Shown here: in pieces, positions 62,303 through 64,000 of the stretch | Layout: each line of letters starts with the position of its first letter | Numbering within the stretch: the stretch's first letter is position 1 | Origin: Magallana gigas | Lineage: Eukaryota | Assembly (NCBI RefSeq): GCF_963853765.1 | Contig: NC_088855.1 | Location: 41,602,001-41,666,000 of the forward strand | Length of the DNA: 64,000 nucleotides | Direction of reading: 5' to 3' | The notes under the pieces: generated by a model | The model's database searches: none | Seen by the model: the letters and a program-made list of their open reading frames with translations, nothing else | Told to the model about the DNA's origin: nothing | Made by a program: the position numbers and the translations under genes

Positions 62303-64000
62303 CACACGTTATTCTGGTGATGTACAATTTGTTTAAAATTTTTTTACATTCATTGAGGTTTTTTCAGCATGCTAACCCCCTTCCCCTCCCCTTAGCCCTG
62401 ACGTACCCCGCCCCCGCCCATTCCAATATTATGCACATAGGCCTATACAACCTCACAGCAATGACAGCATTTTTTTTGCATGCAATATACATCTTTCATG
62501 CCGACTATACTAAACATTTTATCATGCGGTTTATAGGAAAAACTGAAACTGCGTATATCGTTGACAATGGGTTAAAGTCCGCACGGGTATCGACCCTACG
62601 GTTTAAAATATAAACCTGCACCTGCGGATAAAAACACTAATTTTTTTTACAATTCATAAATCATGTAGAAAGTCAATATCTACACATGACAAAAACTCAC
62701 AAAAAGTTTATCCTACCTCTATCTAGTCAACTCCGCTTTCTTCACACAGTTGTTTATAGGGGTGTGTACAATTGAAGCGAGATGATTGGCTGATATAAAG
62801 TGTCCTTGACTCCTTCGACAAAAATAATAAACAGACAAACAGCAGAGTACGTGTCATTTCTGACGCAATGTCTCTTTTTAATGGTTATAACTCAATTTTG
62901 ATCGAAAGACCAAAAAAAAAAAAATTAAGTTTTTTTCCTTTTTCATATAAGCCAAGATGGTAACCTAGACAAAACTCCAATAAATTACTTTTTTTTATAA
63001 CTTGTATATTTTCGCATGCTTTGATGCTTTTTGCGAAGTTTTGACAAAAAAGTGGACCAAGGTCGAAAAATAACTTATTTAGTTATTATTTCTTTTTAAA
63101 GAAATATGTCTGTAATTCAAAAATAAATATGTTCCACTGAAAGCAATTAACATATATATTAATTAATTAATTAGTATACCATATACTAAATAATATTATA
63201 AGTGATACCGACAGATGCCTGAAGATGTGTATGATTTTCGATTTTCATAAAATGTTTATCTAGGTAGTTTTTCGCAATAAATGTATAAATTAAATCAGAA
63301 ATATGTCAAAAAGACAATTTAATGAAAACGAGTAAGACCCGGCCGGGGGCCTATACTTGAGGGTAGGGGTGGAACGGGAGGAGGTCGGTCCTGTCCTCAA
63401 GCACCTGTGATTGACACTGTGCACTAGCTGAGAGCAACTGGCAAAAATATGTCCATCCCCCCTTTCTTTCACCTTCAAAATGGATGTAATTTTAACTCAT
63501 CTTTAATGCAAATACCTTCAATAATGCTGTATCTTGTTATATTAAATAGAAGTTTATTATTTTAATTCGATATTTCATAGGGTAAAAATCTGAGATGTCT
63601 TCACACGTCGTCTCATTCGAAAAAATGCATGCATTACCAAATAGAGAAATCTTTTTTTTTTTATTCGAAAGCCAGTCGGAACACCTCCGAGTACCTTCAA
63701 GTCCGGTTAGTTCATGTAAAATCCGCGTAGACTTTTTATTATTAGTCATTTTGACAAAAAAAAATTTAATTCTAGTGAATATCTCCTAATTTTTTTACCC
63801 TGAGGTATTGATGAATATCGAATATTGGCCATGTTCAATTATTCGGCAGTTGGAGAGCGACGGTCAAGGCACTAAATATTACCACCGACTCCCGAATTCT
63901 TGATATAAAAAAATACGATCCATTTTCTGATATCATAAAATCGTCATTTTCTGGTATTCACATATAATGGCAAATAAATTTCACATATTTAATGAATACT

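Overview
This is AT-rich, intron-containing animal genomic DNA, most likely oyster (Crassostrea/Magallana). The species call is an inference from the ~166-bp HindIII-site satellite carried inside Helentron/HINE-type elements. There are two assembly gaps (22935-23074, 24910-25041). By walking GT/AG boundaries and checking reading phase by hand I reconstruct eight spliced protein-coding genes: DENR (+), a GT22-family (PIG-B/PIG-Z-like) mannosyltransferase with a TPR-like tail (+), class I fructose-bisphosphate aldolase copy 1 (+), VKORC1 (-), two tandem theta-class GSTs (-), a 31-coding-exon ERCC6L/PICH (+, about 1921 aa) and aldolase copy 2 (-). The rest is non-autonomous transposons (five HINE/pearl-like copies, Tc1/mariner-like and hAT-like MITEs, long palindromic elements, tRNA-derived SINE remnants). 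Three observations stand out. (1) PICH has six N-terminal TPR-like units, five of them built as a repeated, frame-symmetric two-exon cassette, against one N-terminal TPR in human PICH. (2) A 48-bp minisatellite made from an ERCC6L exon/intron junction gives about 17 tandem copies of the splice donor, split by a hAT-like MITE. (3) A 2.8-kb satellite-carrying HINE sits 3 nt upstream of a DENR exon, supplies the pyrimidine tract of the acceptor and leaves a decoy acceptor at its other end. No database searches, alignments or RNA data were available, so all gene models are manual predictions.
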